Shown: piece by piece, positions 8,733 through 18,987 of the stretch | How positions within the stretch are numbered: the first letter of the stretch is position 1 | Layout: each line of letters opens with the position of its first letter | Virus record (IMG/VR): IMGVR_UViG_3300045988_163836 | From: a virus | Strand: one strand, 5' to 3' | DNA: 60,226 bases | Notes under the pieces: generated by a model | What the model was told of the DNA's origin: nothing | Database searches by the model: none | The model's input: only the letters and a program-made list of their open reading frames with translations | Position numbers and translations under genes: made by a program

Positions 8733-10397
8733 ATGACAGATTTGAGGACACTCATTCCAGAAGAAGAAAAGAATCTGCTGCATGATTATATTAAAGAGTA
8801 CCTTCATTCTGATAATTACTGCACTGTAGATGAAATTAATCATCTTCTGCGGTTTTGGGCTGCTGAAAAGCCTGACCTGTATGAGTTGCTTGGTAATAAT
8901 TTGATGGTCGAAGACCATATTTCCTATCAGGCATCTGGAGATGATTTGATGGATAAATTCGGTGAAATGTATGAAGAAATTTATAATAATCCTGAATTAG
9001 CAAACGTCAAAAAATTCATTGATTCTTACGAGCAAATTACTAATATTTATTATTCTTGGATGGATACCACTCTTGATAAAGATGAACGTGTTAATTGTTG
9101 TAGCATGATTGACCATTGCCTTGATAGTGAATCTCTCGTAGCCAATAAAAATGTATATATGTTTGATTGGGGTCGCAAATCTGTTGTTATTCGCCGTGGT
9201 CCGCATGCAGATACTTCGAAGCCGCTTGAGTTGAAGAGTGATATGAAGCTGATGCGAATGATGGCTAAAATTGTCGATTGGTTTGAGCTGGATAAAGAAG
9301 CATTTGAGCAGTTTCGTATTCTTCATTCGCGTGTTTTGAATGATCGTATGATTAATGCTGATATTGTACTCTCTATTCATCCGCTTGATTATCTTACTAT
9401 GAGTGATAATGCTTGTGATTGGGAGAGTTGTATGAACTGGTATCAGGGCGGTGATTATCGTCTTGGCACTGTTGAAATGATGAATTCTCCTGTCATCCTT
9501 GAAGCATATGTTGAATCCGAGCATCCTTATTGTCCTATTGACCGTGACAAAAGAACTTGGAGTAATAAGCGTTGGCGGTGTCTTTATATTGTTAATAAGG
9601 ATATTATCACTGAAATTAAGCAGTATCCTTATAACAATATTTATCTGCGTGATTATGTGCTGAATAAAATTAAGCAGTTAGCTGAACAGAATATGGGCTG
9701 GCATTACGACGATAAGATGTATGAGGTTTGGCAGAATCAGAGCAATGATACTGATTTTGGTCAGGTTTATATCCGCATGAGAACTGGAGCTATGTATAAT
9801 GATTATTATGATAATCATTATGCTTATATCAATCCAGAAGTAAAAGAAGTAGAAGTTTACTATTCTGGTGTAGCTGAATGTATGTGCTGCGGTAAAGGCT
9901 ATGAAGCTGATCCGAGTGGAAATGTAGATGCATTTGTAGAATGTGATAAAGTCGTATGTGCAACCTGTGAAGGCAAAGTCCAGTGTGATGATTGTGGCTC
10001 TTGGATTGATAGTGAAGATGCTTGGTTCTGTGAAGGGGACGGTGCAACTTATTGTAGCTGGTGTGCAGATGGCCGCACTCAGACTTGTAGCTGTTGCGGA
10101 GAAACTAAATGGCTTGATTATGATTTCAAGAAGCAGGCTCTTCCCTATATGTTTGAAGTAAAAACTCCTAATGGTAAGCATCGTCGTGATGTTGGAAATC
10201 CCATTGATGTCTGTGATGATTGTTATGAAGATTATGATTTTGGTGATGCACCGAAGGAGCCAGACTTGTGGGGCGATTTTCAGTATATTGATGTTGACAA
10301 GGCAGATAAAAAGGTATGGGAGCCATTTCTGTCCCTTGAAAGAATTGCTGATGCCAAGATGCGGCTAAAGGCGACTTATCCTGATGATTATGTTTAG
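8733..10397 (+). CDS. large paralog-family protein (HPLDYxTMSDNAxxWESCMNW motif, Cys-rich C-terminus)
   Basis: 554 aa. It shares a core with 14749..16392 and 18988..20310: SIHPLDYLTMSDNACDWESCMNWYQGGDYRLGTVEMMNSP. The C-terminal region has many CxxC pairs. Confidence 0.6.
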   Translation: MTDLRTLIPEEEKNLLHDYIKEYLHSDNYCTVDEINHLLRFWAAEKPDLYELLGNNLMVEDHISYQASGDDLMDKFGEMYEEIYNNPELANVKKFIDSYEQITNIYYSWMDTTLDKDERVNCCSMIDHCLDSESLVANKNVYMFDWGRKSVVIRRGPHADTSKPLELKSDMKLMRMMAKIVDWFELDKEAFEQFRILHSRVLNDRMINADIVLSIHPLDYLTMSDNACDWESCMNWYQGGDYRLGTVEMMNSPVILEAYVESEHPYCPIDRDKRTWSNKRWRCLYIVNKDIITEIKQYPYNNIYLRDYVLNKIKQLAEQNMGWHYDDKMYEVWQNQSNDTDFGQVYIRMRTGAMYNDYYDNHYAYINPEVKEVEVYYSGVAECMCCGKGYEADPSGNVDAFVECDKVVCATCEGKVQCDDCGSWIDSEDAWFCEGDGATYCSWCADGRTQTCSCCGETKWLDYDFKKQALPYMFEVKTPNGKHRRDVGNPIDVCDDCYEDYDFGDAPKEPDLWGDFQYIDVDKADKKVWEPFLSLERIADAKMRLKATYPDDYV

Positions 10398-10476
10398 TTT
10401 AAATTCTTGCCAAAATTGAATACTCGAAAATTTATAAAAAATTTGATATAATATATATAGAAAGGATGGGAGAGAT

Positions 10477-10932
10477 ATGGAACGCATTTATAGACTAACA
10501 TATGGTCCTTATTATGAAGAGCAGAAGCTTGGTTATCTTACTGAAGATAAGTTGAATGATTATCTTGAAGAGTTGTTTCATTCAACTCTAATGCAAAGTA
10601 GCATTCATAATCATTTTGAAACTCTCAAAGCTGAAAAAGCTCGATACGAAACTAAACGCCATGAAGCAATTCAGGACATGAATAAATATCTTCCCATCCT
10701 TCAGGTGGGTAAGGAAAATCCTGAATACAAAGACGCCAAGAAACAATATAAGAAATATGAACGTATTGTCATTGATTGTAACTGCCAAATGAAGAAAATA
10801 GATAAGTTAGTTGAAGAACATAATAAATGGACAGCAACTGATTGGCTTCACTGGGCTGATTACAATTGGGAACCTATTGAACTTAATGTAGTCAGACCGG
10901 TTAATGAAAGGGTAAGCGAGGATTGGATGTAA
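10477..10932 (+). CDS. hypothetical protein
   Basis: ORF preceded by the promoter consensus and an RBS. Confidence 0.5.
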   Translation: MERIYRLTYGPYYEEQKLGYLTEDKLNDYLEELFHSTLMQSSIHNHFETLKAEKARYETKRHEAIQDMNKYLPILQVGKENPEYKDAKKQYKKYERIVIDCNCQMKKIDKLVEEHNKWTATDWLHWADYNWEPIELNVVRPVNERVSEDWM

Positions 10933-11168
10933 TGGGAAAAAAAGAAATGGTAATTAAAATTCTTAAAGAAAGCGGCACTCTTACTGCAAAGCAAATTTCA
11001 GCGTTCGCAAAGCGTAAGTATGATTTTGATATTACATCACAAGGGGTTTCAGGTGTTATGCGTGGCCTCATCGGTCAGGGGCTAGCGGCGAGTTCTAAAG
11101 ATGGTAGTAATCAGACACGATACTGGCTTAATACTTGTACATGGAAGGATATGACTGCAAATGATTAA
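10923..11168 (+). CDS. hypothetical small protein (possible wHTH)
   Basis: ORF with an overlapping start. Confidence 0.45.
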   Translation: MDVMGKKEMVIKILKESGTLTAKQISAFAKRKYDFDITSQGVSGVMRGLIGQGLAASSKDGSNQTRYWLNTCTWKDMTAND

Positions 11169-11391
11169 AAAGTGTGTTATAACAATCCTATTGATTATAG
11201 CTGCCGGAATGATTCTTATTTCCTCTTGGAATTATACTTCTAATAGGATTCGTATTTTCCCTGATGCTATTGGTTCTCAAGGTGTTGAAATTCAAAAGCG
11301 AGATGGATATAAAATTGATCTTCATCATCCATATGAAATGGTTGAAACGGAAGAAGGTTATGATTTAATTATTCATTTTGTAGAGGAATAA
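11161..11391 (+). CDS. membrane-anchored small protein
   Basis: N-terminal TM helix. Confidence 0.45.
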   Translation: MIKKCVITILLIIAAGMILISSWNYTSNRIRIFPDAIGSQGVEIQKRDGYKIDLHHPYEMVETEEGYDLIIHFVEE

Positions 11392-11393
11392 GT

Positions 11394-11639
11394 ATGACTG
11401 AATATAAATGTAAGGTGTATCTGATTGAACCACAGGTAGGGTGGCATGGATTTAGTCTAGTTGCTGCCCTTGATGCTGAACATGCCAATCAAATTATTCG
11501 CAAAGCCGCAGGAGAGAGTAGATATTATTGGGGCTATTCACACGTGCGAGAATACGATGCCATTGATAATGTTTATTCTGATACTATTGGATTTGTATAT
11601 GAAGGAATTTTTGAAGATGAACAGTTTTCAATGATTTAA
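11394..11639 (+). CDS. hypothetical protein
   Basis: ORF. Confidence 0.45.
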   Translation: MTEYKCKVYLIEPQVGWHGFSLVAALDAEHANQIIRKAAGESRYYWGYSHVREYDAIDNVYSDTIGFVYEGIFEDEQFSMI

Positions 11640-11652
11640 GGAGTTGATAATT

Positions 11653-12459
11653 ATGAATTACCATTTAGATAAATGGGTTATGGATAAAGTAGAAACTCAT
11701 TTAGAAGCAGTTAATGTCAGAGGAGAAAATTGGGTTAGCTTAATGGCTTATGGTAGCCAGAACTATGGTCTTGATACTCAATTGTCTGATGTAGATACCC
11801 GGCTTATTGTTCTTCCTTCATTTGAAGATATTGTATTGAATAAAAAGCCAGTGTCTTATACCAAGATTCTTCCTAATGATGAACACATTGATTTTAAAGA
11901 TATTCGTTTGTTCATTGATTGTTTGAAGAAACAGAATATGGCATATCTTGAATGTATCTTCACACCTTATAAAATGGCATCAAGCGTGTATTGGAATGAG
12001 TGGCAGGCACTGCTTAATGAGCGTGAAGCTATTGCACGTTATAATCCTTACAAGGCAGTTAAGACAATGAAGGGTATTGCTATGGAAAAATATCATGCAA
12101 TGGAGCATAGATATCCTACTAAAACTCATCTGATTGATACATATGGTTATGATAGTAAGCAGCTTATGCATTTGCTTCGTATCGAACAGTATCTTGGACG
12201 TTATATTGATGAGGTTAAGTATGCTGATTGTCTTCAGGCACCAAGGGGTGATTATCTTCTTGCTGTAAAAAATTATCACTATGATCTTGAAACTGCACGA
12301 ATTGTAGCAAATACTGCTATTAATAATATTACAAGAGTAGCTGATGATTATTGTTCTAAGACCAAGGATGAAGGTAATGAAGAACTTGAAGATTTTATGA
12401 ATAAGATTGTTTATCTTATTATGAAAAAAAGAATTGTAAAGGAAATGTTAAATGTCTGA
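11653..12459 (+). CDS. nucleotidyltransferase-fold protein
   Basis: Motif MAYGSQNYGLDTQLSDVDTRLIV (GS...DxD) of the Pol-beta-like nucleotidyltransferase superfamily. ATG 11653 lies 9 nt after aaggag. Confidence 0.55.
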   Translation: MNYHLDKWVMDKVETHLEAVNVRGENWVSLMAYGSQNYGLDTQLSDVDTRLIVLPSFEDIVLNKKPVSYTKILPNDEHIDFKDIRLFIDCLKKQNMAYLECIFTPYKMASSVYWNEWQALLNEREAIARYNPYKAVKTMKGIAMEKYHAMEHRYPTKTHLIDTYGYDSKQLMHLLRIEQYLGRYIDEVKYADCLQAPRGDYLLAVKNYHYDLETARIVANTAINNITRVADDYCSKTKDEGNEELEDFMNKIVYLIMKKRIVKEMLNV

Positions 12460-12643
12460 AGATAATATGACTATTGAAATTGATAGTCGAGATATTGAAG
12501 AAATTGAAAACAATTTTGATGATCTTGGTAAATGGTTGACTGAACATTTTACCAGATTTGGGGCTCAAGCTGTTGTGCTTAGTGCAGTTATAGAAAAAGT
12601 AGAAGAATTAAAGGAAGAGCTGGCTAAAGAAGAAAATACGTAA
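12452..12643 (+). CDS. hypothetical acidic protein
   Basis: ORF. Confidence 0.4.
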   Translation: MSEDNMTIEIDSRDIEEIENNFDDLGKWLTEHFTRFGAQAVVLSAVIEKVEELKEELAKEENT

Positions 12644-12656
12644 GGAGGGAACTTCA

Positions 12657-13436
12657 ATGTTCAAGGACTATCTGATTAGAGGCGATTGTCATGGTGATTT
12701 CACATGGCTTAATGCAAGAATGTTTAGAATTTTAAATCCAAAAGACTACGCAATTATTATCCTTGGAGACTGCGGTTTTAATACTGGTAGTGCATTCAGA
12801 GATAATATGAAGAAAGAATATGCAAGCCAGTTTGGATATTTTATTTATTGCGTGCATGGCAATCATGAAGTACGTCCTGAAAACGTTGAAGGTATGGAGC
12901 GTGTTTGGGATAGCAATGTTCAGGCTAATGTATGGTATGAGCCGACTCACCCTCTGATTAGATATTTTGATAATTACGGGATTTATTATCTTAAAACCGA
13001 AGATAGAGAATATCGTACATTAGTTATTGGTGGTGCTTATTCTGTTGATAAATATTATCGTCTTAAAAACAATTTGCTTTGGTGGGAAGATGAACAATTA
13101 AATAATAAAGAAAAAGTTGATGCTGAAATGCTTATTCGACAAACTAATAAGCATTTTGATCTTGTACTATCACACACCTGCCCTTATTCTCTTAGGCCAG
13201 TTGATAAATTCCTTTCAATAGTAGATCAATCTACCGTAGATACTTCTATGGAAGAATGGCTTGAAGAAATTAAGAATATGATTACATATGATGTATGGCT
13301 CTTTGGTCATTATCATTGTGATAGATTTATTAATAAGCATAATATTATCTTTTTTAATTGTATCGACCCTTTGGAAGATATTTTCCTCTGGCATGATAAA
13401 ATGGATGATGCTGTAAATAATATTGACCGCTTTTGA
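12657..13436 (+). CDS. calcineurin-like metallophosphoesterase
   Basis: Motifs GDCHGD, LGDCGFN, HGNHE and GHYH. Confidence 0.65.
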   Translation: MFKDYLIRGDCHGDFTWLNARMFRILNPKDYAIIILGDCGFNTGSAFRDNMKKEYASQFGYFIYCVHGNHEVRPENVEGMERVWDSNVQANVWYEPTHPLIRYFDNYGIYYLKTEDREYRTLVIGGAYSVDKYYRLKNNLLWWEDEQLNNKEKVDAEMLIRQTNKHFDLVLSHTCPYSLRPVDKFLSIVDQSTVDTSMEEWLEEIKNMITYDVWLFGHYHCDRFINKHNIIFFNCIDPLEDIFLWHDKMDDAVNNIDRF

Positions 13437-13462
13437 GTGGTCAATTCTTTTTAGCTATTAAA
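13432..13462 (+). terminator. rho-independent terminator
   Basis: ATTGACCGCTTTTGAGTGGTCAAT followed by TCTTTTT. Confidence 0.5.
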
Positions 13463-13529
13463 TTTGACTTTTCATATGAAATATAGTATTATTTACTAGT
13501 TATTTATTTTATATTGAAGGAGAATTAAT

Positions 13530-14117
13530 ATGCGAAAATTCTTAAATGTCATTCTTGTAATCGCTATGGTTGCTTTAATGATGATGCCAGTAAATGCTTT
13601 TAACATAAAAAGTTATAGTGCTGATGGCGGAAGCAGGTCAGAAATCGAATACGGTCCTACAGAATATTGTAATTGCGGAATCGACCATACTAATAAACCC
13701 TTTGAATGGTGGACTGATATTATATCTACTGATAGTCCTCAATGGGATTTAATTCATAATTATTTAACCATTTAGGAGAACGGCACATTAGCTACTGATG
13801 ATGGCTATACTGCTTGTGCTCTTGGAAGGTATTTCGGTAAGATTGGTTCAAAATGGATTTTTATTTGTGAAGATGGTTCAGAGATTAAGGTCGTTAAAGC
13901 TGATGAAAAGCAAGACCGCCATACAAAAAACTGGGATTTAATTCACGGTATTATTTGTGATGAATTAATTGAGCTTGTTGTAGATAGTAAGATTAGTCAA
14001 ACTTGCCCAACTGGCAATTTCAAAGACCTTGAAGGTTTTGAAGGTAATATAATTGGGTGGAAAGAAGTTCTTAATAATGAATTACCCGATTTGTTAAAGG
14101 GAACAATTTATAAATAA
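13530..14117 (+). CDS. secreted hypothetical protein
   Basis: Signal-peptide-like N-terminus. An in-frame TAG at 13773 joins the 81-aa ORF to a downstream ORF in the same frame that ends at TAA 14115. Confidence 0.5.
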
Positions 14118-14143
14118 AATAATATTAAATGAGGTAATATAAA

Positions 14144-14644
14144 ATGAGCGTAGTTGCCGCGAAGGTATATGATAATAATATTCAAATGTCTGCAGATAGT
14201 ATTTTAACTAATGGATGGGAAAAAGACCCCAATACTAACTTTACTAAAATTATTTCTTTAAATGATATGATTGTTGGTAGTGTTGGTAATGCAGATGAAT
14301 GTAGCCTTATGTGGCTATATATGGAAAATCATCAGCCGCTTAATGCTACAGAGAGAGAAATTCTTAATTATTTTGCTGAATTTGGTAAATGGAAAGGCGA
14401 TATTGCTAATACTCGTGATATTAAGAATAGTTATTTAATGGCTTTTGGAGGTCATCTTTTTCAGATTTGTGGATATTTGGTTAGAGAAATTAAAGATTAT
14501 TATGCCATCGGTGCTGGTGCTCCTTATGCTTTGACAGCCCTTCATCTTGGACATGATTCAGAAGAAGCTGTTAAAGTTTCTTGTGCTATGTGTTGCTTCG
14601 TTTGTGAACCTATTGTGACATATAATCAGACAAAAGATAATTAA
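14144..14644 (+). CDS. HslV/proteasome-beta-like Ntn-hydrolase protease
   Basis: N-terminal MSVVAAK, with Ser/Thr at position 2. GSVGNADE and AIGAGAPYALTAL resemble the HslV motifs AGFAGGTADA and AIGSGGPYA. Confidence 0.55.
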   Translation: MSVVAAKVYDNNIQMSADSILTNGWEKDPNTNFTKIISLNDMIVGSVGNADECSLMWLYMENHQPLNATEREILNYFAEFGKWKGDIANTRDIKNSYLMAFGGHLFQICGYLVREIKDYYAIGAGAPYALTALHLGHDSEEAVKVSCAMCCFVCEPIVTYNQTKDN

Positions 14645-14654
14645 ACATAGATAA

Positions 14655-14696
14655 AAAAGGGATAAAGATTTGATTCTTTATCCCTTTTTTATTTTT
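14655..14696 (+). terminator. rho-independent terminator
   Basis: AAGGGATAAAGA...TCTTTATCCCTT followed by a T-run. Confidence 0.6.
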
Positions 14697-14748
14697 ATAA
14701 AAAAATATTATAAAATATTTATAGAAAAAATAAAGGGAGTAAATAATC

Positions 14749-16392
14749 ATGACACCTTATGAAGCATTAACGGCCCAAGATAAGAAATATATTACTGAAT
14801 ATATTGAAAAATGGGGTGGCATTAATTCCCCCGTTAAACTTAAAGCCCCTCTTGATTATATCCTTCGAGAATGGAATAAGAGTAAGCAAACTCTGTTTGA
14901 TATTTTTGGTGAAAAGTTAATGCTGGAGAAGGAAATCCAGGTTGAAGATGGAGATAATAAAAAAATAAGAGAAGTTAGTGAATATCTCTATAGTTTTAAT
15001 CCTGGTATTAATTTTATTAAGAATCTTCGTAAGTTATTTGAGCTTAATAATATTTATTTTGACGATAGTTATGCAACAAAACATGCAATATATAATTTAA
15101 TTCAAGCTTATCAACTTTTTACTAATAGAGTTGCTAAAGGATTTATTTATCATAATAAAGATGGTAAGGCAGTTAAAGTTCCAGAAGGAGCCAAGGTAAT
15201 GAAAGTTCTTCAAAAAATGGCTAAAGAATTTGATTTACCTGATTTTGAAATTTTCCGCAATCATATTTCACGTATTACCGAAGTACGCAAATCTAAAATC
15301 AAATTTACTCTATCTATTCATCCTTTGGATTATATGACTATGAGCGATAATGCAAATGGATGGGAAAGTTGTATGAACTGGACTCAAGGACCAGGAAGTT
15401 ATCGTGCTGGTACTATTGAGATGATGAATAGTCCATTAGTTGTTATAGCATATATTACTACTAAACCTTATTATCCAGCAAACACTTCTATTGAATGGAC
15501 TTCTAAAAGCTGGAGAGAATTAATTATTGTCCATCCGAATGCTATTTGTTCTGTAAAATCTTATCCTTATTATAATATTGCATTTGATAAAGCTCTTGTA
15601 AATTGGCTTGTTGATTTGGTTGAAGAAAAAACTGAATGGCGTTATAACAGAAAAAAGCCACAAGAGAGTTTGGAAAGTTGCTCTTATATTGGAGCTTGGC
15701 AAGATAAAGAAGATAAGAATAATCATTTTCTGTTGGATTTTGCAACAAATGAAATGTATAATGATTTTGGTAATACAGAGAATTATGGAATTTTTTCAAT
15801 TAATTCACCAAACAATAAATATCGTACATTTACAATTAATTATTCTGGTTTAATGACTTGTATGTGCTGCGGCGAGGATGCTTATTGGTCTGATGATACT
15901 GAAATGGTGGTTTGTGAAGACTGTGATCCACCCACTTATTGTTATTGCTGTGGCGAACGAGTTAATGCAAATGATGCAATTGAAGTAGATGGTGAATTGG
16001 TTTGCGAAGATTGTTATCATGATTTGCATAGATGCTTATGCTGTGAGGATGCTCATTTTGATGAAGATTTCACTACTGTATTTGTTGGACATATTGAAAA
16101 TCAAACTATTAATATTGATTATGATGAACATTATATTTGTAGTGAATGTCTTGCTAATAAAGAATATTTAAAGTATCTTGGAGATACTGATATTAGAGCT
16201 GAAACAATTCGATTGGATGGCGGTCCTTATTATGGTATGGTGGCTCTTTTAATTGAAGAAGATGATTTAAATGTAGAGGCTAAAAAGATAATTTCTAATG
16301 ATCCTTATTCTACTATAATTACTGATTATACTTATGCTATTCGTCGTTATCCTGAGCGTTTTTATAGTTACAATAGGTCAATCGCGATTTAA
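14749..16392 (+). CDS. large paralog-family protein (HPLDY...SCMNW motif, Cys-rich C-terminus)
   Basis: 547 aa. Motif SIHPLDYMTMSDNANGWESCMNWTQGPGSYRAGTIEMMNSP plus C-terminal CxxC clusters. Confidence 0.6.
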   Translation: MTPYEALTAQDKKYITEYIEKWGGINSPVKLKAPLDYILREWNKSKQTLFDIFGEKLMLEKEIQVEDGDNKKIREVSEYLYSFNPGINFIKNLRKLFELNNIYFDDSYATKHAIYNLIQAYQLFTNRVAKGFIYHNKDGKAVKVPEGAKVMKVLQKMAKEFDLPDFEIFRNHISRITEVRKSKIKFTLSIHPLDYMTMSDNANGWESCMNWTQGPGSYRAGTIEMMNSPLVVIAYITTKPYYPANTSIEWTSKSWRELIIVHPNAICSVKSYPYYNIAFDKALVNWLVDLVEEKTEWRYNRKKPQESLESCSYIGAWQDKEDKNNHFLLDFATNEMYNDFGNTENYGIFSINSPNNKYRTFTINYSGLMTCMCCGEDAYWSDDTEMVVCEDCDPPTYCYCCGERVNANDAIEVDGELVCEDCYHDLHRCLCCEDAHFDEDFTTVFVGHIENQTINIDYDEHYICSECLANKEYLKYLGDTDIRAETIRLDGGPYYGMVALLIEEDDLNVEAKKIISNDPYSTIITDYTYAIRRYPERFYSYNRSIAI

Positions 16393-16463
16393 TTGAAATT
16401 TTTAAAATAAAATAATATAATATATACATAAAATAAAGGAAAAATAAAAGGAGTCATTAAATT

Positions 16464-16859
16464 ATGGAAAAGAAGTTTACGAAGCGTGAGCTGTATGATG
16501 CTCTGATTGGCAAGCTGTGCGGTGAAGAGGTCGAAGTTGATGCGCAGACTCTGGTTGATTTCTGTCAGACAGAAATTGACCGTATTGATCAGCGTAATGC
16601 CAAGGATCGCGAGAAGCGTGAAGCTAAGAAGGCTGAACCTGATATTGCACGCGAGAAGGTATTTGCTGCACTTGACGAGCAGTTCCGTACTGCTGATGTA
16701 ATTCATGATTTTATTGGTGATGAAGATATTACTCTGGGTAAGGTTCGTCATCGTCTTGCAGGTCTTGTCCGCGATGGTCTTGTAAAGAAGCAGGAAATGA
16801 AGATTCCTGGCGGCGAGGGCGAGAAGGCACGTCATGCCATGTGCTATGCAAAGGCTTAA
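16464..16859 (+). CDS. hypothetical protein on a GC-rich island
   Basis: The ORF is about 48% GC against about 30% for its surroundings. A strong terminator follows. Confidence 0.55.
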   Translation: MEKKFTKRELYDALIGKLCGEEVEVDAQTLVDFCQTEIDRIDQRNAKDREKREAKKAEPDIAREKVFAALDEQFRTADVIHDFIGDEDITLGKVRHRLAGLVRDGLVKKQEMKIPGGEGEKARHAMCYAKA

Positions 16860-16865
16860 TAAATG

Positions 16866-16895
16866 AAGGGTCGGGAAACCGACCCTTTTGTTTTG
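16866..16895 (+). terminator. rho-independent terminator
   Basis: AAGGGTCGGGAAACCGACCCTT followed by TTGTTTT. Confidence 0.65.
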
Positions 16896-17026
16896 CCCTT
16901 TTAGGATGCTGCTCCGGCCAAGGTCAAGCGTCTATACCGAACATCCAAATTAAAAAGTGGTTTAAGAATTTTTTTGACTAAATATTAATAATATGATAAA
17001 ATAATATAAAAAAGGAGTAGATAAAA

Positions 17027-17854
17027 ATGAAAGTTTGTTTAAGACATAATCAAGAAGAACAATATCTCCAAAAGGCAGAATAGGTCGAGGTTAAGTGGGC
17101 ATATATTGACCAACTTCTTGATTTAGTAGAAAAATATCCTGATAAAGATTTTGTCATAGATGCTCCAAAAGGCAAACCAATGGATTGGAAAAGTATAGCT
17201 ACTTGTAAGGCCGGCCTACATTAGGGCCACACCTTCTATATTCGGTTGCATGATCTAAATCCTTTGCTTACATTACGCTGGATGGAGAAATACGATTTTA
17301 AATTTTTTTATAGTGAACCAGCAAAAACATATTATGAGCTGTATAATCTAAAAAAATTAGGTGTATCATATGCTTATATTGATGCTCCTATCTTCTTTGA
17401 TTTAAATGAAGTAAAAAAAATAGATATCCCGTTAAGGATTGTACCAAATCGGGCATATATCCAAGGGCATATTCCACAAATGAGTGGCTTACATGGCACT
17501 TGGGTTCGTCCAGAAAAACTTGATATTTATGAACCATATTTTGATGTTTGTGAATTTGAAAATGATGGGCCTACGCAAGAACGAGCCTTCTACCGCATTT
17601 ATTTTGAAGATAAGTCTTGGCCAAATGACATGAATTCATTGATTTTTGGACTTAATACTAATATTGATGATAGATTGGTGTATGAAGGTCTTGATGAAAT
17701 GCGTCTTAATTGTAAACAAGTATGTGAAACACCTAAGCCCTATTGTCAAATGTGTGATAAAGTATTATATTTCGAACGGGCTGGACGTCAATGGGCCAAG
17801 GAGTATATTGCCGAGCATGAGGGAGAAGACCAAGAACAGATAAGCCCTAATTGA
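17027..17854 (+). CDS. hypothetical protein
   Basis: ATG 17027 follows aaaaggag. Two in-frame TAGs at 17084 and 17231 join this start to the 17246..17854 ORF in the same frame. Confidence 0.5.
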
Positions 17855-17908
17855 TTATTTAATAAAATTATTATATAATATTTATATAATAATAGAAGGG
17901 AATAAGAA

Positions 17909-18907
17909 ATGGGTAAAAAAGTTTTAGTTCCTGAGTTTACTGAAAATTGTAGAGGGCTTTTGGAAGGACTATTCAAGATTAGCGAAGTAGGTCTTTTGAA
18001 AGCTCTTGGTGATTTTGTATCTAATAAATATTCTAATGTAGAGATTACAGAAGATTATGTATATGCTGAAGGCAATATTCCTGTTATGCTTATCGCACAT
18101 GTAGATACTGTATTTAGACAGCCAATTCGTCAATTTACTTATAATGAGAAAAGAGCTGTTTATAAAGGCAAGGAAGGTCTTGGAGCAGATGATAGAGCAG
18201 GTGTTTTTGCGATTATTCAGATTTTACGCAAAAAGTATAGACCTTATGTTCTTTTTACAACAGATGAAGAAATGGGTGGCTATGGGGCACATATATTTGT
18301 TGAAGAACATCCAGTAGCTCCAAATATTAAGTACATGATTGAGCTTGATAGAGCTGGTGAAAGAGATTGTGTCTTCTATGAGTGTGAAAATTTTACGTTC
18401 ATGGATTATGTTGAAAGTTTCGGCTTTAAGCAAGCAATTGGATCATTTACAGATATTAGTATTATTATGCCTGAATGGGAAATTGCCGGAGTAAATTTAT
18501 CAGTTGGCTATCATCATGAACATACTCAAAATGAAGATTTGCATATTAGAACATTGTATAATACAATTAATAAAGTATGTAAAATGCTTGATGATATCGA
18601 AAATGCAGATAAATATAAATTTATTCCTAGCAAGGAATATCTTCAGTGGATTACATTAACTAATAAATATCATATGCCTTATGATTTTGATGATGATAAA
18701 CTTCTTAATTGTAGTTTTTGTAATCAGTTATATTATGAGTGGGAAGATTTTCCTCTTGATATTGATGGAGTAAAGGTCCATGTATGTCCTGAATGTTTAG
18801 CACTTGATCCTAATATTCATCAATGTGAAAGATGTTATAATTTATTTTATTCAAATAATATGAAAGAAAGAGTATGTAATAAATGTCGAGTCCCTATTGT
18901 AATTTAA
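17909..18907 (+). CDS. M20/M28/M42-family zinc peptidase-like protein with a C-terminal zinc ribbon
   Basis: Motifs IAHVDTVF, GLGADDRAGV, TTDEEMGG and HHEH. The C-terminus has CxxC...CxxC pairs. Confidence 0.5.
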   Translation: MGKKVLVPEFTENCRGLLEGLFKISEVGLLKALGDFVSNKYSNVEITEDYVYAEGNIPVMLIAHVDTVFRQPIRQFTYNEKRAVYKGKEGLGADDRAGVFAIIQILRKKYRPYVLFTTDEEMGGYGAHIFVEEHPVAPNIKYMIELDRAGERDCVFYECENFTFMDYVESFGFKQAIGSFTDISIIMPEWEIAGVNLSVGYHHEHTQNEDLHIRTLYNTINKVCKMLDDIENADKYKFIPSKEYLQWITLTNKYHMPYDFDDDKLLNCSFCNQLYYEWEDFPLDIDGVKVHVCPECLALDPNIHQCERCYNLFYSNNMKERVCNKCRVPIVI

Positions 18908-18987
18908 ATGAAATTAAAGAACAAGTAAAGAAGGTTATTGCCTATTCATAGGGGCTGGATATTAACCTTTTAAATATTGATAAATTA

